From positions 403,310,001 to 403,374,000 of the forward strand of contig OZ024741.1 in NCBI GenBank assembly GCA_964016885.1: a stretch of DNA of 64,000 bases. Reading direction: 5' to 3'. Within the stretch, counting starts at the first letter, position 1. Each line of letters begins with the position of its first letter. This stretch comes from Eledone cirrhosa (lineage: Eukaryota). The notes beneath the pieces are model-generated. The model did no database searches and was not told where the DNA came from. It saw only the letters and a program-made list of their open reading frames with translations. Positions 15,001 through 27,360 of this stretch are shown here, piece after piece. A program made the translations under genes and the position numbers.

Positions 15001-18000
15001 ACTACTATCTTTAACCCAAGTAGGGACTACTATCTTTAACCCAGGTAGGGACTACTATCTTTAACCCAAGTAGTGACTACTATCTTTAACCCAGGTAGGG
15101 ACTACTACCTTTAACCCAGGTAGGGACAACTATCTTTAACCCAGGTAGTGACTACTATCTTTAACCCAGGTAGGGACTACTATCTTTAACCCAGATAGTG
15201 ACTACTATCTTTAACCCAAGTAGTGACTACTATCTTTAACCCAGGTAGGGACTACTATCTTTAACCCAGGTAGTGACTACTACCTTTAACCCAGGTAGTG
15301 ACTATCTTTAACCCAGGTAGGGACTACTATCTTTAACCCAGGTAGGGACTACTATCTTTAACCCAAGTAGGGACTACTATCTTTAACCCTGGTAGTGACT
15401 ACTATCTTTAACCCAGGTAGTGACTACTACCTTTAACCCAGGTAGTGACTATCTTTAACCCAGGTAGGGACTACTATCTTTAACCCAGGTAGTGACTACT
15501 ATCTTTAACCCAAGTAGGGACTACTATCTTTAACCCTGGTAGTGACTACTATCTTTAACCCAGGTAGTGACTACTATCTTTAACCCAGGTAGGGACAACT
15601 ATCTTTAACCCAGGTAGTGACTACTACCTTTAACCCAGGTAGTGACTACTACCTTTAACCCAGGTAGGGACTACTATCTTTAACCCAGGTAGGGACTACT
15701 ATCTTTAACCCAGGTAGGGACTACTACCTTTAACCCAGGTAGTGACTACTATCTTTAACCCAGGTAGGGACTACTATCTTTAACCCAGGTAGGGACTACT
15801 ATCTTTAACCCAGGTAGGGACTATCTTTAACCCAGGTAGGGACTACTATCTTTAACCCAGGTAGTGACTACTATCTTTAACCCAGGTAGGGAATACTATC
15901 TTTAACCCAAGTAGGGACTACTATCTTTAACCCAGGTAGGGACTACTACCTTTAACCCAGGTAGTGACTACTATCTTTAACCCAGGTAGTGACTACTATC
16001 TTTAACCCAGGTAGGGACTACTATCTTTAACCCAGGTAGGGACTACTATCTTTAACCCAGGTAGTGTCTACTATCTTTAACCCAGGTAGTGACTACTATC
16101 TTTAACCCAGGTAGTGACTACTATCTTTAACCCAGGTAGGGACTACTACCTTTAACCCAGGTAGTGACTACTATCTTTAACCCAGGTAGAGACTACTATC
16201 TTTAACCCAGGTAGTGTCTACTATCTTTAACCCAGGTAGTGTCTACTATCTTTAACCCAGGTAGGGACTACTATCTTTAACCCAGGTAGTGTCTACTATC
16301 TTTAACCCAGGTAGTGACTACTATCTTTAACCCAGGTAGGGACTACTATCTTTAACCCAGGTAGGGACTACTATCTTTAACCCAGGTAGGGACTATCTTT
16401 AACCCAGGTAGGGACTACTATCTTTAACCCAGGTAGGGACTACTATCTTTAACCCAGGTAGGGACTACTATCTTTAACCCAGGTAGGGACTACTACCTTT
16501 AACCCAGGTAGTGACTACTATCTTTAACCCAGGTAGGGACTACTATCTTTAACCCAGGTAGTGACTACTATCTTTAACCCAGGTACGGACTACTATCTTT
16601 AACCCAGGTAGTGACTACTATCTTTAACCCAGGTAGGGACTACTATCTTTAACCCAGGTAGTGACTACTATCTTTAACCCAGGTAGTGACTACTATCTTT
16701 AACCCAGGTAGGGACTACTATCTTTAACCCAGGTAGGGACTACTATCTTTAACCCAGGTAGTGACTACTATCTTTAACCCAGGTAGGGACTACTATCTTT
16801 AACCCAGGTAGTGACTACTATCTTTAACCCAGGTAGGGACTACTATCTTTAACCCAGGTAGTGACTACTAGCTTTAACCCAGGTAGGGACTACTATCTTT
16901 AACCCAGGTAGTGACTACTATCTTTAACCCAGGTAGGGACTACTATCTTTAACCCAGGTAGGGACTACTACCTTTAACCCAGGTAGGGACTACCTTTAAC
17001 CCAGGTAGTGACTACTATCTTTAAGCCAGGTAGTGACTACTATCTTTAACCCAGGTAGTGACTACTATCTTTAACCCAGGTAGTGACTGTCTTTAACCCA
17101 GGTAGGGACTACTATCTTTAACCCAGGTAGGGACTACTATCTTTAACCCAGGTAGGGACTACTATCTTTAACCCAGGTAGGGACTACTATCTTTAACCCA
17201 GGTAGTGACTACTATCTTTAACCCAGGTAGTGACTTCTATCTTTAACCCAGGTAGGGACTACTATCTTTAACCCAGGTAGTGACTACTATCTTTAACCCA
17301 GGTAGGGACTACTATCTTTAACCCAGGTAGTGACTACTACCTTTAACCCAGGTAGTGACTTCTATCTTTAACCCAGGTAGGGACTACTATCTTTAACCCA
17401 GGTAGTGACTTCTATCTTTAACCCAGGTAGGGACTACTATCTTTAACCCAGGTAGGGACTACTATCTTTAACCCAGGTAGTGACTACTATCTTTAACCCA
17501 GGTAGTGACTACTATCTTTAACCCAGGTAGGGACTACTATCTTTAACCCAGGTAGTGACTACTACCTTTAACCCAGGTAGTGACTTCTATCTTTAACCCA
17601 GGTAGGGTCTACTATCTTTAACCCAGGTAGTGACTACTACCTTTAACCCAGGTAGGGACTACTATCTTTAACCCAGGTAGTGACTACTATCTTTAACCCA
17701 GGTAGGGACTACTATCTTTAACCCAGGTAGGGACTACTATCTTTAACCCAGGTAGGGACTACTACCTTTAACCCAGGTAGGGACTACTATCTTTAACCCA
17801 GGTAGTGACTTCTATCTTTAACCCAGGTAGGGACTACTATCTTTAACCCAGGTAGTGACTACTATCTTTAACCCAGGTAGGGACTACTACCTTTAACCCA
17901 GGTAGGGACTACTCTCTTTAACCCAGGTAGGGACTACTACCTTTAACCCAGGTAGGGACTACTATCTTTAACCCAGGTAGTGACTTCTATCTTTAACCCA

Positions 18001-20831
18001 GGTAGGGACTACTATCTTTAACCCAGGTAGGGACTACTATCTTTAACCCAGGTAGGGACTATCTTTAACCCAGGTAGGGACTACTATCTTTAACCCAGGT
18101 AGTGACTACTATCTTTAACCCTGGTAGTGACTACTATCTTTAACCCTGGTAGTGACTAATATCTTTAACCCTGGTAGTGACTTCTATCTTTAACCCAGGT
18201 AGTGACTATCTTTAACCCAGGTAGGGACTACTATCTTTAACCCAGGTATCGACTACTATCTTTAACCCAGGTAGTGACTACTACCTTTAACCCAGGTAGT
18301 GACTATCTTTAACCCAGGTATCGACTACTATCTTTAACCCAGGTAGGGACTACTATCTTTAACCCAGGTAGGGACTACTATCTTTAACCCAGGTAGTGAC
18401 TACTATCTTTAACCCAGGTAGGGACTACTATCTTTAACCCAGGTAGTGGCTACTATCTTTAACCCAGGTATCGACTACTATCTTTAACCCAGGTAGGGAC
18501 TACTATCTTTAACCCAGGTATCGACTACTATCTTTAACCCAGGTAGGGACTACTATCTTTAACCCAGGTAGTGACTACTATCTTTAACCCAGGTATCGAC
18601 TACTATCTTTAACCCAGGTAGTGACTACTATCTTTAACCCAGGTAGGGACTACTATCTTTAACCCAGGTAGGGACTACTATCTTTAACCCAGGTAGGGAC
18701 TACTATCTTTAACCCAGGTAGGGACTACTATCTTTAACCCAGGTAGTGAATACTATCTTTAACCCAGGTAGGGACTACTATCTTTAACCCAGGTAGGGAC
18801 TACTATCTTTAACCCAGGTAGTGACTACTATCTTTAACCCAGGTAGGGACTACTATCTTTAACCCAGGTAGGGACTACTATCTTTAACCCAGGTAGGGAC
18901 TACTATCTTTAACCCAGGTAGGGACTACTATCTTTAACCCAGGTAGTGACTACTATCTTTAACCCAGGTATCGACTACTATCTTTAACCCAGGTAGTGAC
19001 TACTATCTTTAACCCAGGTAGGGACTACTATCTTTAACCCAGGTAGGGACTACTATCTTTAACCCAGGTAGGGACTACTATCTTTAACCCAGGTAGGGAC
19101 TACTATCTTTAAGCCAGGTAGTGACTACTATCTTTAACCCAGGTAGGGACTACTATCTTTAACCCAGGTAGGGACTACTATCTTTAACCCAGGTAGGGAC
19201 TACTATCTTTAAGCCAGGTAGTGACTACTATCTTTAAGCCAGGTAGTGACTACTATCTTTAACCAAGGTAGTGACTATCTTTAACCCTGGTAGTGACTAC
19301 TATCTTTAACCCAGGTAGGGACTACTATCTTTAACCCAGGTAGTGACTACTACCTTTAACCCAGGTAGTGACTACTATCTTTAAGCCAGGTAGTGACTAC
19401 TATCTTTAACCCAAGTAGTGACTACTATCTTTAACCCAGGTAGTGACTACTACCTTTAACCCAGGTAGTGACTACTATCTTTAAGCCAGGTAGGGACTAC
19501 TATCTTTAACCCAAGTAGGGACTACTATCTTTAACCCAGGTAGTGACTACTATCTTTAACCCTGGTAGTGACTACTATCTTTAACCCAAGTAGTGACTAC
19601 TATCTTTAACCCAGGTAGTGACTACTACCTTTAACCCAGGTAGTGACTACTACCTTTAACCCAGGTAGGGACTACTATCTTTAACCCAGGTAGGGACTAC
19701 TATCTTTAACCCAGGTAGGGACTACTACCTTTAACCCAGGTAGTGACTACTATCTTTAACCCAGGTAGGGACTACTATCTTTAACCCAGGTAGGGACTAC
19801 TATCTTTAACCCAGGTAGGGACTATCTTTAACCCAGGTAGGGACTACTATCTTTAACCCAGGTAGTGACTACTATCTTTAACCCAGGTAGGGACTACTAT
19901 CTTTAACCCAAGTAGTGACTACTATCTTTAACCCAGGTAGGGACTACTATCTTTAACCCAGGTAGGGACTACTATCTTTAACCCAGGTAGGGACTTCTAT
20001 CTTTAACCCAGGTAGGGACTACTATCTTTAACCCAGGTAGTGACTACTATCTTTAACCCAGGTAGTGACTACTATCTTTAACCCAGGTAGTGACTACTAT
20101 CTTTAACCCAGGTAGGGACTACTATCTTTAACCCAGGTAGGGACTACTATCTTTAACCCAGGTAGGGACTTCTATCTTTAACCCAGGTAGGGACTACTAT
20201 CTTTAACCCAGGTAGTGACTACTATCTTTAACCCAGGTAGGGACTACTATCTTTAACCCAGGTAGGGACTACTATCTTTAACCCAGGTAGGGACTATCTT
20301 TAACCCAGGTAGGGAATACTATCTTTAACCCAAGTAGGGACTACTATCTTTAACCCAGGTAGGGACTACTACCTTTAACCCAGGTAGTGACTACTATCTT
20401 TAACCCAGGTAGTGACTACTATCTTTAACCCAGGTAGTGACTACTATCTTTAACCCAGGTAGGGACTACTATCTTTAACCCAGGTAGGGACTACTATCTT
20501 TAACCCAGGTAGGGACTTCTATCTTTAACCCAGGTAGGGACTACTATCTTTAACCCAGGTAGTGACTACTATCTTTAACCCAGGTAGGGACTACTATCTT
20601 TAACCCAGGTAGGGACTACTATCTTTAACCCAGGTAGGGACTACTATCTTTAACCCAGGTAGGGACTACTACCTTTAACCCAGGTAGTGACTACTATCTT
20701 TAACCCAGGTAGGGACTACTATCTTTAAGCCAGGTAGTGACTACTATCTTTAACCCAGGTAGGGACTACTATCTTTAACCCAGGTAGTGACTACTATCTT
20801 TAACCCAGGTAGGGACTACTATCTTTAACCC
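1..20831. repeat. 25-bp tandem satellite array, left arm (runs off the window start); consensus GACTACTATCTTTAACCCAGGTAG(T/G)
   Basis: Head-to-tail copies of the 25-mer seen on every line. Common variants: T/G at the last base, TATCT>TACCT, CCAGG>CCAAG or CCTGG, 22-bp units lacking one CTA, GACTTC, GACTATTA. Stop codons (TAA, TAG) occur in every unit on both strands, so it is non-coding. Confidence 0.99.
20820..20831 (+). repeat. Left copy of the 12-bp target-site duplication TATCTTTAACCC
   Basis: The satellite breaks after TATCTTTAACCC at 20831 and resumes at 21291 with the same 12 nt. The paralogous empty site at 16644-16655 has the same order of flanking T/G variants and only one copy of this 12-mer. 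Confidence 0.85.
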
Positions 20832-21026
20832 TGGACGCGTCTGAAAGGACTGAGGTCGGGCACCTTTCTCTCTGGCCAACAACTGGTCCGTTTCTTCCGA
20901 TATCATTTCGGAAGAAGGATCAGGATGGAGAGAGAGGTGCTGCACCCCAGCCGTTTCTATGAAAGATGGGTGAAAGTGGCGAGAATGGCCCGTGTGAATG
21001 GGCCTTCACTCTACATCAGACTATAG
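20832..21026 (+). pseudogene. Truncated C-terminal 64 aa of a retrotransposon ORF2-like protein: WTRLKGLRSGTFLSGQQLVRFFRYHFGRRIRMEREVLHPSRFYERWVKVARMARVNGPSLYIRL*
   Basis: Manual translation: open from the first inserted base (TGG) to TAG at 21024-21026. No upstream start; an in-frame TAA lies in the satellite at 20826-20828. The basic/aromatic pattern W-x-R ... F ... R-I-R-x-E ... F-x-x-x-W ... V-x-G-x-x-L resembles the tail that follows the zinc knuckle in Tx1-type ORF2 proteins. Confidence 0.72.
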
Positions 21027-21290
21027 GTGAGGAAGATGAAAGACCAAGGGAGCACCCCTTCTCTGTGCTCCTGAGGAGAAGGGTTGCACACTTTTTTCGG
21101 GGGTGTGTGCGACTCCCCAAGGCGCCTCCTCTCTATTGAGGATTTTGTTAAAAATTTTATTTTTTGTTATATCTTATTTTATTTTTATATTTTGTTATTG
21201 CCTCCTCCTTATTGAGGACGCCTTTTTGTGTAAACTCCCCCCTTTGTACTTGTCCCACTTTTGATGCCCTAGTGGCAAATAAAAGAAATA
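21027..21290 (+). other. 3' UTR of the inserted element, with several stem-loops and a T-rich tract
   Basis: Lies between the stop codon and the right TSD. GGAGCAC (21049-55) pairs with GTGCTCC (21065-71). A 19-nt near-duplicate GCCTCCTCnnTATTGAGGA occurs at 21124-21142 and 21200-21218. T-rich tract at about 21143-21199. Confidence 0.7.
21278..21283 (+). promoter_or_regulatory. Canonical polyadenylation signal AATAAA at the element 3' end
   Basis: AATAAA ends 7 nt before the right TSD, as is typical of L1/Tx1-clade 3' ends. Confidence 0.7.
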
Positions 21291-21302
21291 TATCTTTAAC
21301 CC
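21291..21302 (+). repeat. Right copy of the 12-bp target-site duplication TATCTTTAACCC
   Basis: Satellite resumes mid-monomer, repeating the 12 nt that precede the insert. Confidence 0.85.
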
Positions 21303-24300
21303 AGGTAGTGACTACTATCTTTAACCCAGGTAGTGACTACTATCTTTAACCCAGGTAGGGACTACTATCTTTAACCCAGGTAGGGACTACTATCTTTAAC
21401 CCAGGTAGTGACTACTATCTTTAACCCAGGTAGGGACTACTATCTTTAACCCAGGTAGTGACTACTATCTTTAACCCAGGTAGGGACTACTATCTTTAAC
21501 CCAGGTAGTGACTACTAGCTTTAACCCAGGTAGGGACTACTATCTTTAACCCAGGTAGTGACTACTATCTTTAACCCAGGTAGGGACTACTATCTTTAAC
21601 CCAGGTAGGGACTACTACCTTTAACCCAGGTAGGGACTACCTTTAACCCAGGTAGTGACTACTATCTTTAAGCCAGGTAGTGACTACTATCTTTAACCCA
21701 GGTAGTGACTACTATCTTTAACCCAGGTAGTGACTGTCTTTAACCCAGGTAGGGACTACTATCTTTAACCCAGGTAGGGACTACTATCTTTAACCCAGGT
21801 AGGGACTACTATCTTTAACCCAGGTAGGGACTACTATCTTTAACCCAGGTAGTGACTACTATCTTTAACCCAGGTAGTGACTTCTATCTTTAACCCAGGT
21901 AGGGACTACTATCTTTAACCCAGGTAGTGACTACTATCTTTAACCCAGGTAGGGACTACTATCTTTAACCCAGGTAGTGACTACTACCTTTAACCCAGGT
22001 AGTGACTACTATCTTTAACCCAGGTAGGGACTACTATCTTTAACCCAGGTAGGGACTACTATCTTTAACCCAGGTAGGGACTACTATCTTTAACCCAGGT
22101 AGGGACTACTATCTTTAACCCAGGTAGGGACTACTATCTTTAACCCAGGTAGTGACTACTATCTTTAACCCAGGTAGGGACTACTATCTTTAACCCAGGT
22201 AGTGACTTCTATCTTTAACCCAGGTAGGGACTACTATCTTTAACCCAGGTAGGGACTACTATCTTTAACCCAGGTAGGGACTACTATCTTTAACCCAGGT
22301 AGGGACTACTATCTTTAACCCAGTTAGTGACTTCTATCTTTAACCCAGGTAGGGACTACTATCTTTAACCCAGGTAGTGACTACTATCTTTAACCCAGGT
22401 AGTGACTTCTATCTTTAACCCAGGTAGGGACTACTATCTTTAACCCAGGTAGGGACTACTATCTTTAACCCAGGTAGGGACTACTATCTTTAACCCAGGT
22501 AGGGACTACTATCTTTAACCCAGGTAGGGACTACTATCTTTAACCCAGGTAGGGACTACTATCTTTAACCCAGGTAGGGACTACTATCTTTAACCCAGGT
22601 AGTGACTTCTATCTTTAACCCAGGTAGGGACTACTATCTTTAACCCAGGTAGGGACTACTATCTTTAACCCAGGTAGGGACTACTATCTTTAACCCAGGT
22701 AGTGACTACTATCTTTAACCCAGGTAGGGACTACTATCTTTAACCCAGGTAGTGACTACTACCTTTAACCCAGGTAGTGACTTCTATCTTTAACCCAGGT
22801 AGGGTCTACTATCTTTAACCCAGGTAGTGACTACTACCTTTAACCCAGGTAGGGACTACTATCTTTAACCCAGGTAGTGACTACTATCTTTAACCCAGGT
22901 AGGGACTACTATCTTTAACCCAGGTAGGGACTACTATCTTTAACCCAGGTAGGGACTACTACCTTTAACCCAGGTAGGGACTACTATCTTTAACCCAGGT
23001 AGTGACTTCAATCTTTAACCCAGGTAGGGACTACTATCTTTAACCCAGGTAGTGACTACTATCTTTAACCCAGGTAGGGACTACTACCTTTAACCCAGGT
23101 AGGGACTACTCTCTTTAACCCAGGTAGGGACTACTACCTTTAACCCAGGTAGGGATTACTATCTTTAACCCAGGTAGTGACTTCTATCTTTAACCCAGGT
23201 AGGGACTACTATCTTTAACCCAGGTAGGGACTACTATCTTTAACCCAGGTATGGACTATCTTTAACCCAGGTAGGGACTACTATCTTTAACCCAGGTAGT
23301 GACTACTATCTTTAACCCAGGTAGGGACTACTATCTTTAACCCAGGTAGGGACTACTACCTTTAACCCAGGTAGTGACTACTATCTTTAACCCAGGTAGT
23401 GACTACTATCTTTAACCCAGGTAGTGACTACTATCTTTAACCCAGGTAGTGACTACTATCTTTAACCCAGGTAGGGACTACTATCTTTAACCCAGGTAGT
23501 GACTACTATCTTTAACCCAGGTAGGGACTACTATCTTTAACCCAGGTAGTGACTACTATCTTTAACCCAGGTAGGGACTACTATCTTTAACCCAGGTAGT
23601 GACTACTATCTTTAACCCAGGTAGGGACTACTATCTTTAACCCAGGTAGGGACTACTATCTTTAACCCAGGTAGTGACTACTATCTTTAACCCAGGTAGG
23701 GACTACTATCTTTAACCCAGGTAGTGACTACTATCTTTAACCCAGGTAGGGACTACTATCTTTAACCCAGGTAGGGACTACTATCTTTAACCCAGGTAGG
23801 GACTACTATCTTTAACCCAGGTAGGGACTACTACCTTTAACCCAGGTAGTGACTACTATCTTTAACCCAGGTAGGGACTACTATCTTTAAGCCAGGTAGT
23901 GACTACTATCTTTAACCCAGGTAGGGACTACTATCTTTAAACCAGGTAGGGACTACTATCTTTAACCCAGGTAGTGACTACTATCTTTAACCCAGGTAGG
24001 GACTACTATCTTTAACCCAGGTAGTGACTACTATCTTTAACCCAGGTAGTGACTACTATCTTTAACCCAGGTAGGGACTACTATCTTTAACCCAGGTAGG
24101 GACTACTATCTTTAACCCAGGTAGTGACTACTATCTTTAACCCAGGTATGGACTACTATCTTTAACCCAGGTAGTGACTACTATCTTTAACCCAGGTAGG
24201 GACTACTATCTTTAACCCAGGTAGTGACTACTATCTTTAACCCAGGTAGTGACTACTATCTTTAACCCAGGTAGTGACTGTCTTTAACCCAGGTAGGGAC

Positions 24301-26429
24301 TACTATCTTTAACCCAGGTAGGGACTACTATCTTTAACCCAGGTAGGGACTACTATCTTTAACCCAGGTAGGGACTACTATCTTTAACCCAGGTAGTGAC
24401 TACTATCTTTAACCCAGGTAGTGACTTCTATCTTTAACCCAGGTAGGGACTACTATCTTTAACCCAGGTAGTGACTACTATCTTTAACCCAGGTAGGGAC
24501 TACTATCTTTAACCCAGGTAGTGACTACTACCTTTAACCCAGGTAGTGACTTCTATCTTTAACCCAGGTAGGGACTACTATCTTTAACCCAGGTAGTGAC
24601 TTCTATCTTTAACCCAGGTAGGGACTACTATCTTTAACCCAGGTAGGGACTACTATCTTTAACCCAGGTAGTGACTACTATCTTTAACCCAGGTAATGAC
24701 TACTATCTTTAACCCAGGTAGGGACTACTATCTTTAACCCAGGTAGTGACTACTACCTTTAACCCAGGTAGTGACTTCTATCTTTAACCCAGGTAGGGTC
24801 TACTATCTTTAACCCAGGTAGTGACTACTACCTTTAACCCAGGTAGGGACTACTATCTTTAACCCAGGTAGTGACTACTATCTTTAACCCAGGTAGGGAC
24901 TACTATCTTTAACCCAGGTAGGGACTACTATCTTTAACCCAGGTAGGGACTACTACCTTTAACCCAGGTAGGGACTACTATCTTTAACCCAGGTAGTGAC
25001 TTCTATCTTTAACCCAGGTAGGGACTACTATCTTTAACCCAGGTAGTGACTACTATCTTTAACCCAGGTCGGGACTACTACCTTTAACCCAGGTAGGGAC
25101 TACTCTCTTTAACCCAGGTAGGGACTACTACCTTTAACCCAGGTAGGGACTACTATCTTTAACCCAGGTAGTGACTTCTATCTTTAACCCAGGTAGGGAC
25201 TAATATCTTTAACCCTGGTAGTGACTACTACCTTTAACCCAGGTAGTGACTATCTTTAACCCAGGTAGTGACTACTACCTTTAACCCAGGTAGTGACTAC
25301 TATCTTTAACCCAGGTAGTGACTACTACCTTTAACCCAGGTAGTGACTATCTTTAACCCAGGTAGGGACTACTATCTTTAACCCAGGTAGTGACTATCTT
25401 TAACCCAGGTATCGACTACTATCTTTAACCCAGGTAGGGACTACTACCTTTAACCCAGGTAGGGACTAATATCTTTAACCCTGGTAGTGACTACTATCTT
25501 TAACCCAGGTATCGACTACTATCTTTAACCCAGGTAGGGACTACTACCTTTAACCCAGGTAGGGACTAATATCTTTAACCCTGGTAGTGACTACTACCTT
25601 TAACCCAGGTAGTGACTACTATCTTTAACCCAGGTAGGGACTACTACCTTTAACCCAGGTAGGGACTACTCTCTTTAACCCAGGTAGGGACTACTACCTT
25701 TAACCCAGGTAGGGACTACTATCTTTAACCCAGGTAGGGACTACTATCTTTAACCCTGGTAGTGACTACTACCTTTAACCCAGGTATCGACTACTATCTT
25801 TAACCCAGGTAGGGACTACTACCTTTAACCCTGGTAGTGACTACTACCTTTAACCCAGGTAGTGACTACTACCTTTAACCCAGGTAGGGACTACTATCTT
25901 TAACCCAGGTAGTGACTACTACCTTTAACCCAGGTAGGGACTACTATCTTTAACCCAGGTAGTGACTACTATCTTTAACCCAGGTAGTGACTACTGTCTT
26001 TAACCCAGGTAGGGACTACTATCTTTAACCCAGGTAGGGACTACTATCTTTAACCCAGGTAGGGACTACTATCTTTAACCCAGGTAGTGACTACTATCTT
26101 TAACCCAGGTAGGGACTACTACCTTTAACCCAGGTAGGGACTACTCTCTTTAACCCAGGTAGGGACTACTACATTTAACCCAGGTAGGGACTACTATCTT
26201 TAACCCAGGTATCGACTACTATCTTTAACCCAGGTAGGGACTACTATCTTTAACCCAGGTATCGACTACTATCTTTAACCCAGGTAGGGACTACTATCTT
26301 TAACCCAGGTAGTGACTACTATCTTTAACCCAGGTATCGACTACTATCTTTAACCCAGGTAGGGACTACTATCTTTAACCCAGGTATCGACTACTATCTT
26401 TAACCCAGGTAGGGACTACTATCTTTAAC

Positions 26430-27360
26430 CCAGGTAGGGACTACTATCTTTAACCCAAGTAGTGACTACTATCTTTAACCCAGGTAGTGACTACTATCTT
26501 TAACCCAAGTAGGGACTACTATCTTTAACCCAAGTAGTGACTACTATCTTTAACCCAGGTAGGGACTACTATCTTTAACCCAAGTAGGGACTACTATCTT
26601 TAACCCAGGTAGTGACTACTATCTTTAACCCAGGTAGGGACTACTATCTTTAACCCAAGTAGTGACTACTATCTTTAACCCAGGTAGTGACTACTATCTT
26701 TAACCCAAGTAGGGACTACTATCTTTAACCCAAGTAGTGACTACTATCTTTAACCCAGGTAGGGACTACTATCTTTAACCCAAGTAGGGACTACTATCTT
26801 TAACCCAGGTAGGGACTACTATCTTTAACCCAGGTAGGGACTACTATCTTTAACCCAAGTAGTGACTACTATCTTTAACCCAGGTAGTGACTACTATCTT
26901 TAACCCAAGTAGGGACTACTATCTTTAACCCAAGTAGTGACTTCTATCTTTAACCCAGGTAGGGACTACTATCTTTAACCCAAGTAGGGACTACTATCTT
27001 TAACCCAGGTAGTGACTACTATCTTTAACCCAGGTAGGGACTACTATCTTTAACCCAAGTAGTGACTACTATCTTTAACCCAGGTAGTGACTACTATCTT
27101 TAACCCAAGTAGGGACTACTATCTTTAACCCAAGTAGTGACTACTATCTTTAACCCAGGTAGGGACTACTATCTTTAACCCAAGTAGGGACTACTATCTT
27201 TAACCCAGGTAGGGACTACTATCTTTAACCCAGGTAGGGACTACTATCTTTAACCCAAGTAGTGACTACTATCTTTAACCCAGGTAGTGACTACTATCTT
27301 TAACCCAAGTAGGGACTACTATCTTTAACCCAAGTAGTGACTTCTATCTTTAACCCAGGT
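26430..27360. repeat. 8-monomer (200-bp) higher-order repeat marked by CCAAG units, with a 400-bp super-period
   Basis: The CCAAG pattern recurs at about 26451, 26651, 26851, 27051 and 27251. GACTTC variants at about 26941 and 27341 are 400 bp apart. Confidence 0.8.

Larger units (their letters stand above)
20832..21290 (+). mobile_element. 5'-truncated non-LTR retrotransposon (LINE; probably Tx1/L1 clade), 459 bp: ORF2 C-terminus + 3' UTR + poly(A) signal
   Basis: Only unique sequence in 64 kb. It begins abruptly inside an open frame, has a stop at 21024-21026, a T-rich 3' UTR, AATAAA at 21278-21283, an A-rich end (AAATAAAAGAAATA) and a 12-bp TSD. There are no terminal inverted repeats or LTRs. 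Clade assignment comes from remembered resemblance of the peptide, not from a database search. Confidence 0.85.

Noticed and set aside
20832-20834. Extending the TSD to 15 bp by treating TGG as the CCTGG satellite variant
   Set aside because: The right copy and both empty-site paralogs read CCCAGG, and TGG is the in-frame Trp codon of the element. At most it is junction microhomology.
20832-21290. Insert as MITE, solo LTR, tRNA-derived SINE or vector/adapter contamination
   Set aside because: There are no terminal inverted repeats, no TG...CA ends and no evident Pol III A/B boxes. The TSD, coding remnant and AATAAA end fit a truncated LINE better.
21164-21349. Supplied 61-aa ORF MLYLILFLYFVIASS...
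   Set aside because: It starts at TTG in the T-rich 3' UTR (hence the F/L/I/Y bias mimicking a signal peptide), crosses the poly(A) signal and insertion junction and ends in satellite. It is a chance frame.
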